Below, piece by piece: positions 44,951 through 54,026 of a DNA stretch of 64,000 nt. This DNA comes from Candidatus Yonathbacteria bacterium (GTDB lineage: Bacteria; Patescibacteriota; Minisyncoccia; Phycocordibacterales; JACNGX01). Position numbers and translations under genes: made by a program. The notes below the pieces were generated by a model. That model made no database searches. It was not told the DNA's origin and saw nothing but the letters and a program-made list of their open reading frames with translations. Where the stretch lies: positions 11,769 through 75,768 of the forward strand of contig JAAXWR010000001.1 of assembly GCA_013334825.1 (NCBI GenBank). The letters run 5' to 3'. Every line of letters starts with the position of its first letter. Position 1 is the stretch's first letter.

Positions 44951-45175
44951 GTACCAAGGTTTTCCGTACCAAGGTTAAACCTTGGTAGCGCCTCACCCAT
45001 CTTTGTATGTCAAGTATGTTTACGCAGGTTAAACCTTGGTATAAATACCAAGGTTTAACCTGCGTAAACTATCGCGAATCATTTTCGTCTTCTGTACCAA
45101 GGTTAAACCTCGGTGACGGATTTTTGTCTGTCAACATGTTGAATGTTTATACCAAGGTTTAACCTTGGTATAATG
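44945..45175. repeat. cluster of 5 REP1 palindromes immediately upstream of the RAYT gene
   Basis: Copies at about 44950, 44965, 45018-45071 (nested 52-bp perfect palindrome GTTTACGCAGGTTAAACCTTGGTATAAATACCAAGGTTTAACCTGCGTAAAC), 45093 and 45147. The last carries a TATAAT -10 eight bp before the ATG. Confidence 0.85.
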
Positions 45176-45180
45176 CGTGT

Positions 45181-45900
45181 ATGTTAAGAGATGCTCCCTT
45201 TGTTGAAGGAGAAATATACCATCTATATACGCGTGGTGTTGAAAAAAGAGAGATATTTCTTTCTGATTTTGATCGTAAGAGATTTCAATTATCATTATTT
45301 CTTTCAAATAACAATCATGCAGGGATGCAGATAAGAAATACAATAAAGATTTTTGAAGATAATGGCGCCACTAGTTGGGGAAAGATTTATCAAGAATACG
45401 AAAAAGGGGAGCCATTTGTGGATATTCTCGCCTATGTTCTTATGCCTAATCATTTTCACATACTCGTAAAAGAGCATATACCTGAGGGTGGTGGAATTTC
45501 AAAGTTTATGCAGAAAATCATGAATAGTCATACAGGATATTTTAATAAAGCTAATGAGCGTACAGGTGCATTATTTGAAGGGACGTTCAAGAGTAAACAT
45601 GTAAATGACGAGGCATATTTTCGTTGGTTGTTTTCATATATTCATCTCAATCCACTCAAGTTAATTGAACCCGGATGGCGGGAAGGTATTATTCGCGATA
45701 TGCCCCGCGCGATCCAATTTTTGAATAATTACGCGTGGTCAAGTTTCCCCGACTACGCCGGAGTGGAACGCCCCGAAGGTGTTATTCTTACCAAAGATGC
45801 TCTGCCAGAATATGTTACATTAGTAAAAGACGTTGAAGGTCTTATTGCTGAACGTGCGACACATATACCAAGTGATACAAGGCGTATGCGTTTTTCATGA
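45181..45900 (+). CDS. REP-associated tyrosine transposase (RAYT; IS200/IS605 Y1 HUH transposase-like)
   Basis: 'ILAYVLMPNHFHILVKEHIPEGGGISKFMQKI' holds the HUH motif (HFH). 'YFRWLFSYIHLNPLKLIEPGW...YAWSSFPDY' holds the catalytic Tyr motif. This closely parallels E. coli YafM 'LPEHMHCIWTLPEGDDDFS...YIYINPVKHGW...WPFSSF'. Confidence 0.85.
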   Translation: MLRDAPFVEGEIYHLYTRGVEKREIFLSDFDRKRFQLSLFLSNNNHAGMQIRNTIKIFEDNGATSWGKIYQEYEKGEPFVDILAYVLMPNHFHILVKEHIPEGGGISKFMQKIMNSHTGYFNKANERTGALFEGTFKSKHVNDEAYFRWLFSYIHLNPLKLIEPGWREGIIRDMPRAIQFLNNYAWSSFPDYAGVERPEGVILTKDALPEYVTLVKDVEGLIAERATHIPSDTRRMRFS

Positions 45901-46023
45901 TCATATTTTTTCATTGGTATATGTTTTTGTTAGATGGGCTATCAAGTTATGTTTAGTGAGATATTATCTTTCGATTGAAATGAAGAATGGTATGAATTTG
46001 TTGTAAGTTGGTAGCGCGGCGGG

Positions 46024-46060
46024 CATGCGTGCCCGCCGCGCCGCTTTGTTATGGTCAGAA
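46024..46060 (+). terminator. rho-independent terminator after RAYT
   Basis: GCGCGGCGGGC-ATGCGT-GCCCGCCGCGC, followed by TTTGTT. Confidence 0.65.
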
Positions 46061-46165
46061 TGTCTCGTCCAAATACTTCTGTGGATAACCTCTTGACAAA
46101 CAGAACATGTCATATACTATGGAAATAGGAATTTCTTTTCTAACACTATAACCCTTGGAGAAGTT

Positions 46166-46750
46166 ATGAAGCGAGTCTATTTGCTGTACCTCATAGGGTT
46201 GTTGATGACAACTTTTATGGGGATACCGACAGTTCTTTTGGGGACTGTGGGTGCGATAAAAACAGTTTTTTTGATAACATTTGTTTGCGGTCTCTTTTTT
46301 GCTCTCATAAAAAAGAGCGAGACTGCGCAGATGTTTGCGATATTTTTTCTCGCCTCAGCGCTTGGTGTCGCAACGGCACTTGGTGTGAAGGGAGATGTGA
46401 ATGGTATCTTGATGTTTGGGGTTGCTTGTATTACTGCGTTTCTTGGAGCAGTTCCTAAACATCTTGTGCATCTGTCTCGAGTGAATATTCGAAAAGAGTA
46501 TAATTCGATGTTTGCTCCCGACAATCCGTTCACGGTATCGCAGGTGCTCGTGTATGCCTTTGCACAGTTTGCCACTGTTGCAATCGCATGTGCACCTAAT
46601 GCACTTACTTTTTCGGTCGTCGCGTTTGGTGGTCTTCTCCTTGTGTTGTATTCAGGGGAAAGAGCGCTGTCGCGCATGCAAAAGAAAAAAAAGGTTATCA
46701 ACTGTCCCGCTTGTTTGGGACGGGGAAATATCCATCATCATGCCGCCTGA
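46166..46750 (+). CDS. hypothetical polytopic membrane protein with C-terminal CPxC-like motif
   Basis: 194 aa, 5-6 TM segments, ends '...INCPACLGRGNIHHHAA'. A promoter-like TTGACA...TATACT lies at about 46095-46125. Confidence 0.5.
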   Translation: MKRVYLLYLIGLLMTTFMGIPTVLLGTVGAIKTVFLITFVCGLFFALIKKSETAQMFAIFFLASALGVATALGVKGDVNGILMFGVACITAFLGAVPKHLVHLSRVNIRKEYNSMFAPDNPFTVSQVLVYAFAQFATVAIACAPNALTFSVVAFGGLLLVLYSGERALSRMQKKKKVINCPACLGRGNIHHHAA

Positions 46751-46765
46751 AATAGGGCGGCTTTT
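46741..46765 (+). terminator. rho-independent terminator
   Basis: GCCGCC-TGAAATAG-GGCGGCTTTTTG. Confidence 0.6.
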
Positions 46766-46841
46766 TGTTTGCTTTACAAATAGTGATAAATATGTTTAAA
46801 TATAAACAGGGTCTTTTGTAACATATAAAAATGGAAAAGAA

Positions 46842-47099
46842 ATGAAAAAATCATCTTTGATTTTCTGGGCACTCGTTTTTGGAGTGTCCGTTGCCCTTTC
46901 TGCCATTGAGGGTGGGGGGACGACGATGCAGAACGTCCTTTCGGGCACTCTGAGTTTTTTCGGAATAATTTCTTTCGCTATTGCGCGCCACAACTTGCAC
47001 GCAATACGTAGTGCGTGGAGTTGTGCTTCGTCGGCATATGCCGAAGCGCTCCGTGGAGTAAACACAGAACTTCATGCACGAAATAGGTATCGTTTTTGA
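46842..47099 (+). CDS. small hypothetical membrane protein (85 aa)
   Basis: Two hydrophobic helices. Followed immediately by a strong terminator. Confidence 0.4.
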   Translation: MKKSSLIFWALVFGVSVALSAIEGGGTTMQNVLSGTLSFFGIISFAIARHNLHAIRSAWSCASSAYAEALRGVNTELHARNRYRF

Positions 47100-47123
47100 C
47101 CGCCCTTCGGGGCGGCTTTTTTG
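47100..47123 (+). terminator. rho-independent terminator
   Basis: CCGCCC-TTCG-GGGCGGCTTTTTTG. Confidence 0.8.
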
Positions 47124-47205
47124 TCTAAAAAACTTTCGTACAACACGTCTTTCGGTTATCCACAGGGGTAGGTGGCACTTGCTTGAGAATGGTAAAATAG
47201 AAAAC

Positions 47206-47448
47206 ATGATTACGGAAGCATTACACAGTGCGGCACGCTTTACGATGGGCTTTGCCACAATCGTAGGTGTGAGCGCAGGGCTTACGCTCGCAGTTAATCA
47301 TCTTGCGGCGCAAGCGCCGAATAATGATAAAGCTATTGCGAGTCCCGCGGCCGTTGGGTCTCTCGGTCCGGACGCGTTGGGAACGGCATCTGCTCCTGTC
47401 GCGGACAATACATCATTTGCCTCGGAAGAGGATTCGGTGGTGAGATAA
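47206..47448 (+). CDS. small hypothetical secreted/membrane protein (80 aa)
   Basis: 'MITEALHSAARFTMGFATIVGVSAGLTLAVNHLAAQA' is signal-like. Weak call. Confidence 0.25.
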   Translation: MITEALHSAARFTMGFATIVGVSAGLTLAVNHLAAQAPNNDKAIASPAAVGSLGPDALGTASAPVADNTSFASEEDSVVR

Positions 47449-47503
47449 TTAATGTACACTGAGAACACTATGTCCAGATGATAGAGTCTTGGATTTGTAT
47501 ACT

Positions 47504-47533
47504 CAGCGCGCGCCATTGCTATGGCGCGCGCTG
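47504..47533 (+). other. 13-bp perfect GC-rich inverted repeat CAGCGCGCGCCAT-TGCT-ATGGCGCGCGCTG
   Basis: Seen directly. No T-tract follows. Lies just upstream of the rplJ promoter. Confidence 0.5.
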
Positions 47534-47548
47534 AACGTATATAGCACT

Positions 47549-47750
47549 TGCAAAACATCCTATTTTTGCGTATAGTATCGTCCATAAGCCGAAGAAAGTG
47601 GGGGTCTGCATACAGACTTAAGTGAGGGATATAGTCCCAAACCCTGCCGAGGTCGAAATCTGCGGAACGCACAATCTGCGTTTTGTATACGGCTTACAGC
47701 CGTTTTTATATTGTCCATAGTGGCGGTATAAAAACATTTAACAGTTACTT
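47549..47750 (+). promoter_or_regulatory. rplJ promoter (TTGCAA-17-TATAGT) and candidate L10 leader RNA
   Basis: 'cTTGCAAaacatcctatttttgcgTATAGTat', followed by an about 170-nt structured leader (hairpins such as GGCTTACAGCC and CGCAGATTGTGCGTTCCGCAGAT) directly before rplJ. This is the known genomic context of the L10 leader. Confidence 0.4.
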
Positions 47751-47753
47751 TGT

Positions 47754-48242
47754 ATGGCAATTACACAACAAAAGAAAGAGACGATTGTTGGTTCGTTAAA
47801 GGATGGTTTGAAGGACGCACAATCCGCGGTATTCGTTGGATTTCGTGGACTTTCCGTTGCTGATACAACCGAACTTCGTCGAGCATTGCGTGCTGAAGGT
47901 GTGAAGTATACCGTTGCCAAGAAGACGCTCATGCGTCGGGCACTTGAAGAAACCGCCCCTAAGGGTGAACTTCCTGAACTTCCTGGAGAAGTGGCTATCG
48001 CGTATGGAACCGATCTTCTCACGCCTGCTCGTGAAGTATATGCCTTTGAAAAAAGGTTTAAAGAAAAAGTAAAGATTCTCGGAGGTATCTTTGATGGTAC
48101 GTACAAGAATCAGGCAGACATGTTGTCTATCGCGGCAATTCCTTCACCGGAAGTTCTCCGTGGCATGTTTGTCAATGTTATCAACAGCCCGATTCAAGGT
48201 CTGGTCATTGCACTAGATCAAATCGCGCAAAAGAAAGGATAA
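47754..48242 (+). CDS. rplJ: 50S ribosomal protein L10
   Basis: 'KKETIVGSLKDGLKDAQSAVFVGFRGLSVADTTELRRALRAEGVKYTVAKKTL' is canonical L10. Confidence 0.9.
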   Translation: MAITQQKKETIVGSLKDGLKDAQSAVFVGFRGLSVADTTELRRALRAEGVKYTVAKKTLMRRALEETAPKGELPELPGEVAIAYGTDLLTPAREVYAFEKRFKEKVKILGGIFDGTYKNQADMLSIAAIPSPEVLRGMFVNVINSPIQGLVIALDQIAQKKG

Positions 48243-48308
48243 GGATATACGTACGTATGTGCGTATAACCAACGCTTATTTATCTCATTTATTATTTATA
48301 CATATTGT

Positions 48309-48815
48309 ATGGCAGATGAACTATTGAATGATACAGTGGATACAACTGAAGAAGTATCTACTCCGGAAGTTGTTACAGAAACAGCAGCTCCCGCCGCTCC
48401 GGTGCAAGACGCTCCTGTTGCCGATCTTGGCGAAGAGGTGGAAGTTCCGGAAAAATTTAAAAAGATTGTTTCGGCAATCGAAGATATGTCCGTGCTTGAT
48501 TTGCACGAATTGGTAAAAGTATTTGAAAAGAAATTTGGTGTATCTGCTGCCGCAGTCGCGGTTGCTGGTGCTGGCGCAGGTGCAGCTGATGCTGCTGATG
48601 AGCAGACATCATTCACTGTTGAGCTTTCTGATGCGGGGGCATCCAAGATTGCCGTCATCAAGGTGGTGAAAGAAGCTCTTGGCCTCGGTCTTAAGGAAGC
48701 GAAAGATATGGTAGATGCCGCTCCGGCCGAACTCAAGAAAGATATGAAAAAGGAAGACGCCGAAGCACTCAAGAAACAACTTGAAGAAGCAGGTGCAAAA
48801 GTGAACTTGAAATAA
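48309..48815 (+). CDS. rplL: 50S ribosomal protein L7/L12 with about 45-aa acidic N-terminal extension
   Basis: '[30 protein letters not shown]', an Ala/Gly hinge, and '[27 protein letters not shown]...[10 protein letters not shown]' are canonical. The only upstream in-frame ATG gives the acidic N-terminal extension. Confidence 0.85.
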   Translation: MADELLNDTVDTTEEVSTPEVVTETAAPAAPVQDAPVADLGEEVEVPEKFKKIVSAIEDMSVLDLHELVKVFEKKFGVSAAAVAVAGAGAGAADAADEQTSFTVELSDAGASKIAVIKVVKEALGLGLKEAKDMVDAAPAELKKDMKKEDAEALKKQLEEAGAKVNLK

Positions 48816-48849
48816 TAGAAAACGACAAAAATAAAAAAGAAAATTATAT

Positions 48850-48885
48850 AACGTAAGCGCGGCCCTTCGGGCCGCGCTTACGTTA
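48850..48885 (+). terminator. rho-independent terminator after rplL
   Basis: AACGTAAGCGCGGCCC-TTCG-GGCCGCGCTTACGTT. Confidence 0.7.
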
Positions 48886-48918
48886 TCTCTGAAAAGATAT
48901 GTTCTTCATGATAGAATA

Positions 48919-50835
48919 GTGTATATGAAATATCCTTTTCTTTCTGTCCTGCGAATAGTAAGTATATGTTTCTTTGTGCTGACTTGCAGTGTCCCTATCA
49001 CATTTGCCCAAACAGAATCTTCGCGTTCATACACATATGAACATATTGCCACCATGTTTACACTTCATGCGGACGCCAGTATGTCGGTGGAAGAGACACA
49101 GACGTATCGTTTCGTAGGGGAGTATCATCAAGGGTGGCGAGATATTCCGCGTAGCGGATATGATGATATTTCCGTTCGAGGTGTGGCGGATGCGGACACC
49201 GGAGAACTATACATGTATAGTTCGTCGCGTCTAGAAAAGACTGATCCAGCAAACTGGGGCAAGTACACAACATTCATACAAGACGGCGCAACGGTGATTG
49301 AATGGTATTACAATGCAAAAGACACAGAAAAAACGTTCGTACTTTCGTATGACGTAACAGGTGTTGTTGGTTTTTATTCTGATCATGATGAATTGTACTG
49401 GAATCTGTTTACTGACTATGATGTCCCTGTGCATATCGCCGAAGCGACGGTCATACTTCCTACTGAAGCATCGCTCGCGTCTCTTACGACGATGGCGTAT
49501 GTATCAGGAGGAACACTCGAGCATGCACGTGTCGTGGATGGACGTACAATTAATTACATATTTAGAGAGCTTGCACCAGATGCCGATGTTACGATTGCTC
49601 CGGGATGGCAAAAAGATATTATCTCGGCCTCGGCATATCGCATGTCATGGTTCGCACGCAATTGGGGATATGTTGGCACATGGATTGTAAGTATACTTTT
49701 TCCCATCGTGCTGTTTATCAGATGGTATCTCAATGAACGATACAAAAAGGGAAGAGGAACGATTATTCCACAGTACGAACCGCCGCGAAATCTTCGTCCA
49801 GCGATGGCAGATATTGTCATGCATGAACATCTCTCACAAAAAGCATGGTCAGCGACCATTGTCGATTTGGCAGTGCGTGGGTATTGTTCTATAGAGGAAA
49901 TACCTCTATCGGAGTTAGCACAACGTGTCCTTTGGGGTATCGCCAGTGTATCACTCGGTATCTTTTCTCTCGTTATATGGTTGTCTGACCCATCCCTTTT
50001 GTGGATTGTTGCTATACCACTTATGGTGATTATCTTTTTATCTTTCAAACAAAAAACAGGAACACCGACAAGTGTTGGCACTGAATACATTATCCGTCGA
50101 AAAGAGGATGGAGATATATCTCTTCTTGAAACATATGAGACAGATGTGTTAAATGCACTCTTTTCTGGTACAGACACATTTTCCACAAAAGAGATGAAAC
50201 GAAACGTAACAAAAGCACAGACACTCTCAAAAAGACTTATTGAAATTGCAAAAAATGTGGCGAAAGAGACTGCCGATGATACACGTGTATATGAAGTAGG
50301 TTTTCGTACATGGCAAAAGATACTCCCTCTGCTTATTGTTGTCGGCGTGGTGTTATACATATTCATCATCCCTGCCGGCATTCCTCACTGGGTGATATTC
50401 TTCCTTGTACTTATGTACGCAGGTGCGACTGTCTATATATATGATACATATAACCCACGTCTCAATGCCGAGGGGCATGTTCTTCGCGAAGAGATTCTCG
50501 GTTTTAAGATGTATCTTGAAACGGCCGAGCGATATCGTTTAGAGAATTTGACTCCTGAAACATTTGAAAAGTTTTTACCCTATGCCATGATATTTGGAGT
50601 TGAGAAAAAATGGGGAAAGGCATTTGAACATATTGCCATGGATGCTCCTCATTGGTATGTATCGCACAGTGTCGTTGCGGGCAGTATGTCGAATACACCA
50701 TTTTCTCCCAGTGCGTTTTCTGCATCGTTTGGTACCGCATTTACATCGTCATTTGCTTCGTCAGGAGGGGGAGGTGCAGGAGGTGGCGGTGGAGCTGGCG
50801 GCGGGGGAGGTGGCGGAGGTGGCGGCGCAAGCTAG
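48919..50835 (+). CDS. DUF2207 domain-containing membrane protein
   Basis: Signal peptide, then a beta-rich ectodomain, then TM helices, then the characteristic Gly-only tail 'SSGGGGAGGGGGAGGGGGGGGGGAS'. Confidence 0.65.
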   Translation: MYMKYPFLSVLRIVSICFFVLTCSVPITFAQTESSRSYTYEHIATMFTLHADASMSVEETQTYRFVGEYHQGWRDIPRSGYDDISVRGVADADTGELYMYSSSRLEKTDPANWGKYTTFIQDGATVIEWYYNAKDTEKTFVLSYDVTGVVGFYSDHDELYWNLFTDYDVPVHIAEATVILPTEASLASLTTMAYVSGGTLEHARVVDGRTINYIFRELAPDADVTIAPGWQKDIISASAYRMSWFARNWGYVGTWIVSILFPIVLFIRWYLNERYKKGRGTIIPQYEPPRNLRPAMADIVMHEHLSQKAWSATIVDLAVRGYCSIEEIPLSELAQRVLWGIASVSLGIFSLVIWLSDPSLLWIVAIPLMVIIFLSFKQKTGTPTSVGTEYIIRRKEDGDISLLETYETDVLNALFSGTDTFSTKEMKRNVTKAQTLSKRLIEIAKNVAKETADDTRVYEVGFRTWQKILPLLIVVGVVLYIFIIPAGIPHWVIFFLVLMYAGATVYIYDTYNPRLNAEGHVLREEILGFKMYLETAERYRLENLTPETFEKFLPYAMIFGVEKKWGKAFEHIAMDAPHWYVSHSVVAGSMSNTPFSPSAFSASFGTAFTSSFASSGGGGAGGGGGAGGGGGGGGGGAS

Positions 50836-50916
50836 AAATGCTTCCGCTTATACTCCCTTCATGATACACTTTGGCATATCGCGTATGCACGCGTCCCAAT
50901 AATCTTTTTTACTTGT

Positions 50917-51531
50917 ATGGATATTCTCGCAACACTTTTCGGTAACAAACAAATTATTAAACTCATGCGCCTGTTTCTTATGAATGCTGAGACCGGGTTT
51001 GATACGGACGATATTTCTTTGCGAACAAAAATTGCTAAAACGGCACTTCGCTCTGACATGACGCGACTAAAAAACATTGGCTTTATTAAGCAGACATCTG
51101 TCACAAAAGATGTCCCTGCGAAATCAAAAAAGGGAAAGCCAACAAAGAAACGCGTTGAAGGGTTTATCCTTAATCAAGACTTCCCATTTCTTTCCGGTCT
51201 TCGCCTCATGCTTATGAGCGATCATATGGTAAACCGAACAGAAGTAGTGGGACGTATCAAGAAAGCAGGACAAATTAAACTCATCGTCCTTTCGGGAGTT
51301 TTTATCCGTGAAAATGAGGGAAGGGTAGACCTGCTTGTTGTGGGAGACAATATAAAAAAAGCGTCTTTGGATAGTGCTTTGAAAACACTCGAATCTGAGG
51401 TGGGTAAAGAACTTTCCTATGCCGTTATGGATACCAATGAATTCAACTACCGTCTGAGTATGTATGACAAGTTCATCCGTGATATTCTCGATTATCCGCA
51501 TGAAAAGCTCATTGACCGAATAGGATTGTAG
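50917..51531 (+). CDS. hypothetical protein
   Basis: 204 aa, soluble. N-terminal region is possibly wHTH. No confident motif. Confidence 0.45.
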   Translation: MDILATLFGNKQIIKLMRLFLMNAETGFDTDDISLRTKIAKTALRSDMTRLKNIGFIKQTSVTKDVPAKSKKGKPTKKRVEGFILNQDFPFLSGLRLMLMSDHMVNRTEVVGRIKKAGQIKLIVLSGVFIRENEGRVDLLVVGDNIKKASLDSALKTLESEVGKELSYAVMDTNEFNYRLSMYDKFIRDILDYPHEKLIDRIGL

Positions 51532-51547
51532 ATGTCTCTTTATCCAC

Positions 51548-51575
51548 ACCCCGCGCCCTTCTTTTGGGCGCGGTC
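51548..51575 (+). terminator. candidate terminator hairpin
   Basis: CCGCGCCC-TTCTTTT-GGGCGCGG. Confidence 0.4.
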
Positions 51576-51712
51576 TTGGTATAATAGATATACAGCTTTA
51601 TCACGGTCGAAACATTGGTGAAGCTTACGCGTAAGCGCTTTTACCCACCGACCCGTGCGTGGGACAAAGAGCTCATTTTATTCATCTCGTTTAATGGAAT
51701 TCCAATATCAGT

Positions 51713-52396
51713 ATGTTACTGCAAACATGGAGTGATGTGCTCACTCAATCGTTTCAGGGATTGTGGCTCGGTGTGGTGGCATTCGTGCCGAACATCATCG
51801 TTGCCGTTATCATTTTCATCATCGGCTGGGTTCTCGGCTCACTCATCGGCAAGGTGGTTGCACAAATCATCAGTGCGGTGAAAGTCGACCGTGCGCTTGA
51901 AAGCGCCGGTGCCAAAGAATTGCTCTCGAAGGCGGGCTTCAAGCTCGATGCGGGTGCGTTCGTAGGAGGACTCATCAAGTGGTTTGTGATTATTGCGTCA
52001 CTCGTCGCTGTGTTCGATGTTCTTGGTTTGTACCAAGTAAACATCTTCCTTCAGACGGTCGTTCTTGCATATTTGCCGAACGTCATTGTCGCCGCGCTTA
52101 TTATTCTTGTTGCCGCAGTTATTGCTGACGCAATGCAAAAGGTTGTCGTCGGTTCTGCCAAAGCCGCGGAAATGCGCCATGCGTATTTCCTCGGTGGTAT
52201 GACTCGCTGGGCTATTTGGATCTTCGCCATTATTGTGGCGCTCGATCACTTGGGTATCGCCGCGTTTTACATGCAGACGATTTTCGTCGGTGTTATCGTG
52301 ATGCTCTCGCTTGCCGGAGGTCTTGCCTTTGGTCTTGGTGGCAAGGATGCCGCGGATCGTGCAATCGAAAAGATGCGCAAAGAAATCTCTGAGTAA
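51713..52396 (+). CDS. conserved TM-helix repeat protein (MscS N-terminal-like small membrane protein)
   Basis: Six TM helices in repeated units 'VPNIIVAVIIFIIGWVLGSLIGKVV...' with repeated LPN/IIxA patterns. This is memory-based family recognition. Confidence 0.5.
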   Translation: MLLQTWSDVLTQSFQGLWLGVVAFVPNIIVAVIIFIIGWVLGSLIGKVVAQIISAVKVDRALESAGAKELLSKAGFKLDAGAFVGGLIKWFVIIASLVAVFDVLGLYQVNIFLQTVVLAYLPNVIVAALIILVAAVIADAMQKVVVGSAKAAEMRHAYFLGGMTRWAIWIFAIIVALDHLGIAAFYMQTIFVGVIVMLSLAGGLAFGLGGKDAADRAIEKMRKEISE

Positions 52397-52432
52397 TTGA
52401 TTTCATTCTCCTTTTTCAGGATGATGAAAAAG

Positions 52433-52467
52433 AAAAAAGCGCGGACATTCGTCCGCGCTTTTTTTGT
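52433..52467 (+). terminator. rho-independent terminator
   Basis: AAAAAAGCGCGGAC-ATTC-GTCCGCGCTTTTTTTG. Confidence 0.8.
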
Positions 52468-53401
52468 ATGTGTATGAACATTTCACGTATCGATAAAACA
52501 TCACGAAAGTGGTAGTAACGCAAATTAATATAGCGGTATATTATTTTTGAATAGTAACATATTGGATATTGAAAATTGTTTGTGATTTGGTATTTTGCAT
52601 TTGTCATTTCAATCACGAGTGATAGAGAAGATTTGATAAGAGAAAAAGAATTTTTTTTTACACACCTCTTTTCTTGTAACATGATAGTCATGTTCTCTAT
52701 AGTTTCGTGTATGTCTATGTTCGTTCTACATGCATGTTGCATGGTTTCCGCATGGTCTTTGAGAGTCATATCGATTTAAAAATTAACACTGTATATACGC
52801 TATCTTTGAAGTTTCGTCTATAACCGATGACCTCTTACCTATTTCCTAAACAAAACGCTTGACATTATTTTTCATTCGATTATACTAGCCGGTACGTATG
52901 GTAATGAACTTCACACGCAGGCGGCAATAAGAACACCGACTCGGGGTTCCTATTGTCCGCCCTCGCGGCGGTTTTTCATTATCAGACGGGCTCGTTGTCA
53001 ACTGAAGAAGATATCAAGAGTCTTAATCGTCTAGGGGAAATGTGAAGCGCTTCGTGCGTCGACATTTCCCGAACAAAGGAATGTATCCTTTGCAACACGC
53101 CAAGCGCGACGCATTGCTTCGCGCTTGGCGTAAAAAGAAACGCGGTTAAGGGCATACGGTGGATGCCTAGACTCTCAGAGGCGATGAAGGACGTGGCATG
53201 GCTGCGATAATCTTCGGCGAGGTGCCCAGCAACCTACGACCCGGAGGTCTCCGAATGGGGAAACCCTATCCGGTAAACCCGGATAGTCTCGGTATTATAT
53301 CGAGACGCAAACCAGGGGAAGTGAAACATCTCAGTACCCTGAGGAAAAGAAACCAATAGGAATTCCCTAAGTAGCGGCGAGCGAAACGGGAAGAGCCCAA
53401 A

Positions 53402-53726
53402 CCGAGCACCACTCTTTGATTTTAAGGTATACTATTCACATGTGGGTGGTATACATCATTCAGCAATCTTTTTCCAAAGAGATATATGTAGGAGTGACGA
53501 GTGATTTAACCAGAAGAATGGAAGAACATAACTCTCACAGAAAAGGATCCTATACGCGGAGAAAGAATGAATATGAATGGGTTCTTGTTTATGCCGAAGC
53601 ATATCGGGATAAACAAGATGCATATGTACGTGAGTTTCGTTTGAAACAACGTGGACGTGCAAAACAGGAAGTCCTTAAGAGAGCAGCACGAAGTCTGCTT
53701 CCTTAAAATCAAAGAGTGGTGCTCGG
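53402..53726 (+). other. 23S IVS 1 (domain I) bounded by 25-bp perfect inverted repeat, encoding a GIY-YIG protein
   Basis: CCGAGCACCACTCTTTGATTTTAAGG ... CCTTAAAATCAAAGAGTGGTGCTCGG. Confidence 0.8.
53440..53706 (+). CDS. GIY-YIG nuclease family protein (YhbQ-like), encoded inside 23S IVS 1
   Basis: 'MWVVYIIQQSFSKEIYVGVTSDLTRRMEEHNSHRKGSYTRRK...WVLVYAEAY' matches small GIY-YIG proteins (GIY...YVG, R, E, N). Confidence 0.8.
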   Translation: MWVVYIIQQSFSKEIYVGVTSDLTRRMEEHNSHRKGSYTRRKNEYEWVLVYAEAYRDKQDAYVREFRLKQRGRAKQEVLKRAARSLLP

Positions 53727-53941
53727 GGTCGTAAGGCGGTAATGTCGCTTTTATAGTGAGAGATACGTGTGAAGGTTAATGGAACCGACTGGGAAGTCGG
53801 ACCCTAGAGGGTAATAGTCCCGTACATGAAAACCAGATCCGATCTTTGTTACCGTTCTTGAGTACTCCAAGACACGAATAGCTTGGGGGAATTCGCCGGA
53901 ACTAACCGGCAAGGCTAAATACTCTGAGAGATCGATAGTGA

Positions 53942-53975
<34 letters not shown>

Positions 53976-54026
53976 GGAGAGGGGAGTGAAATAGATCTGA
54001 AACCGTATGCCTACAAGGAGTCGGAG

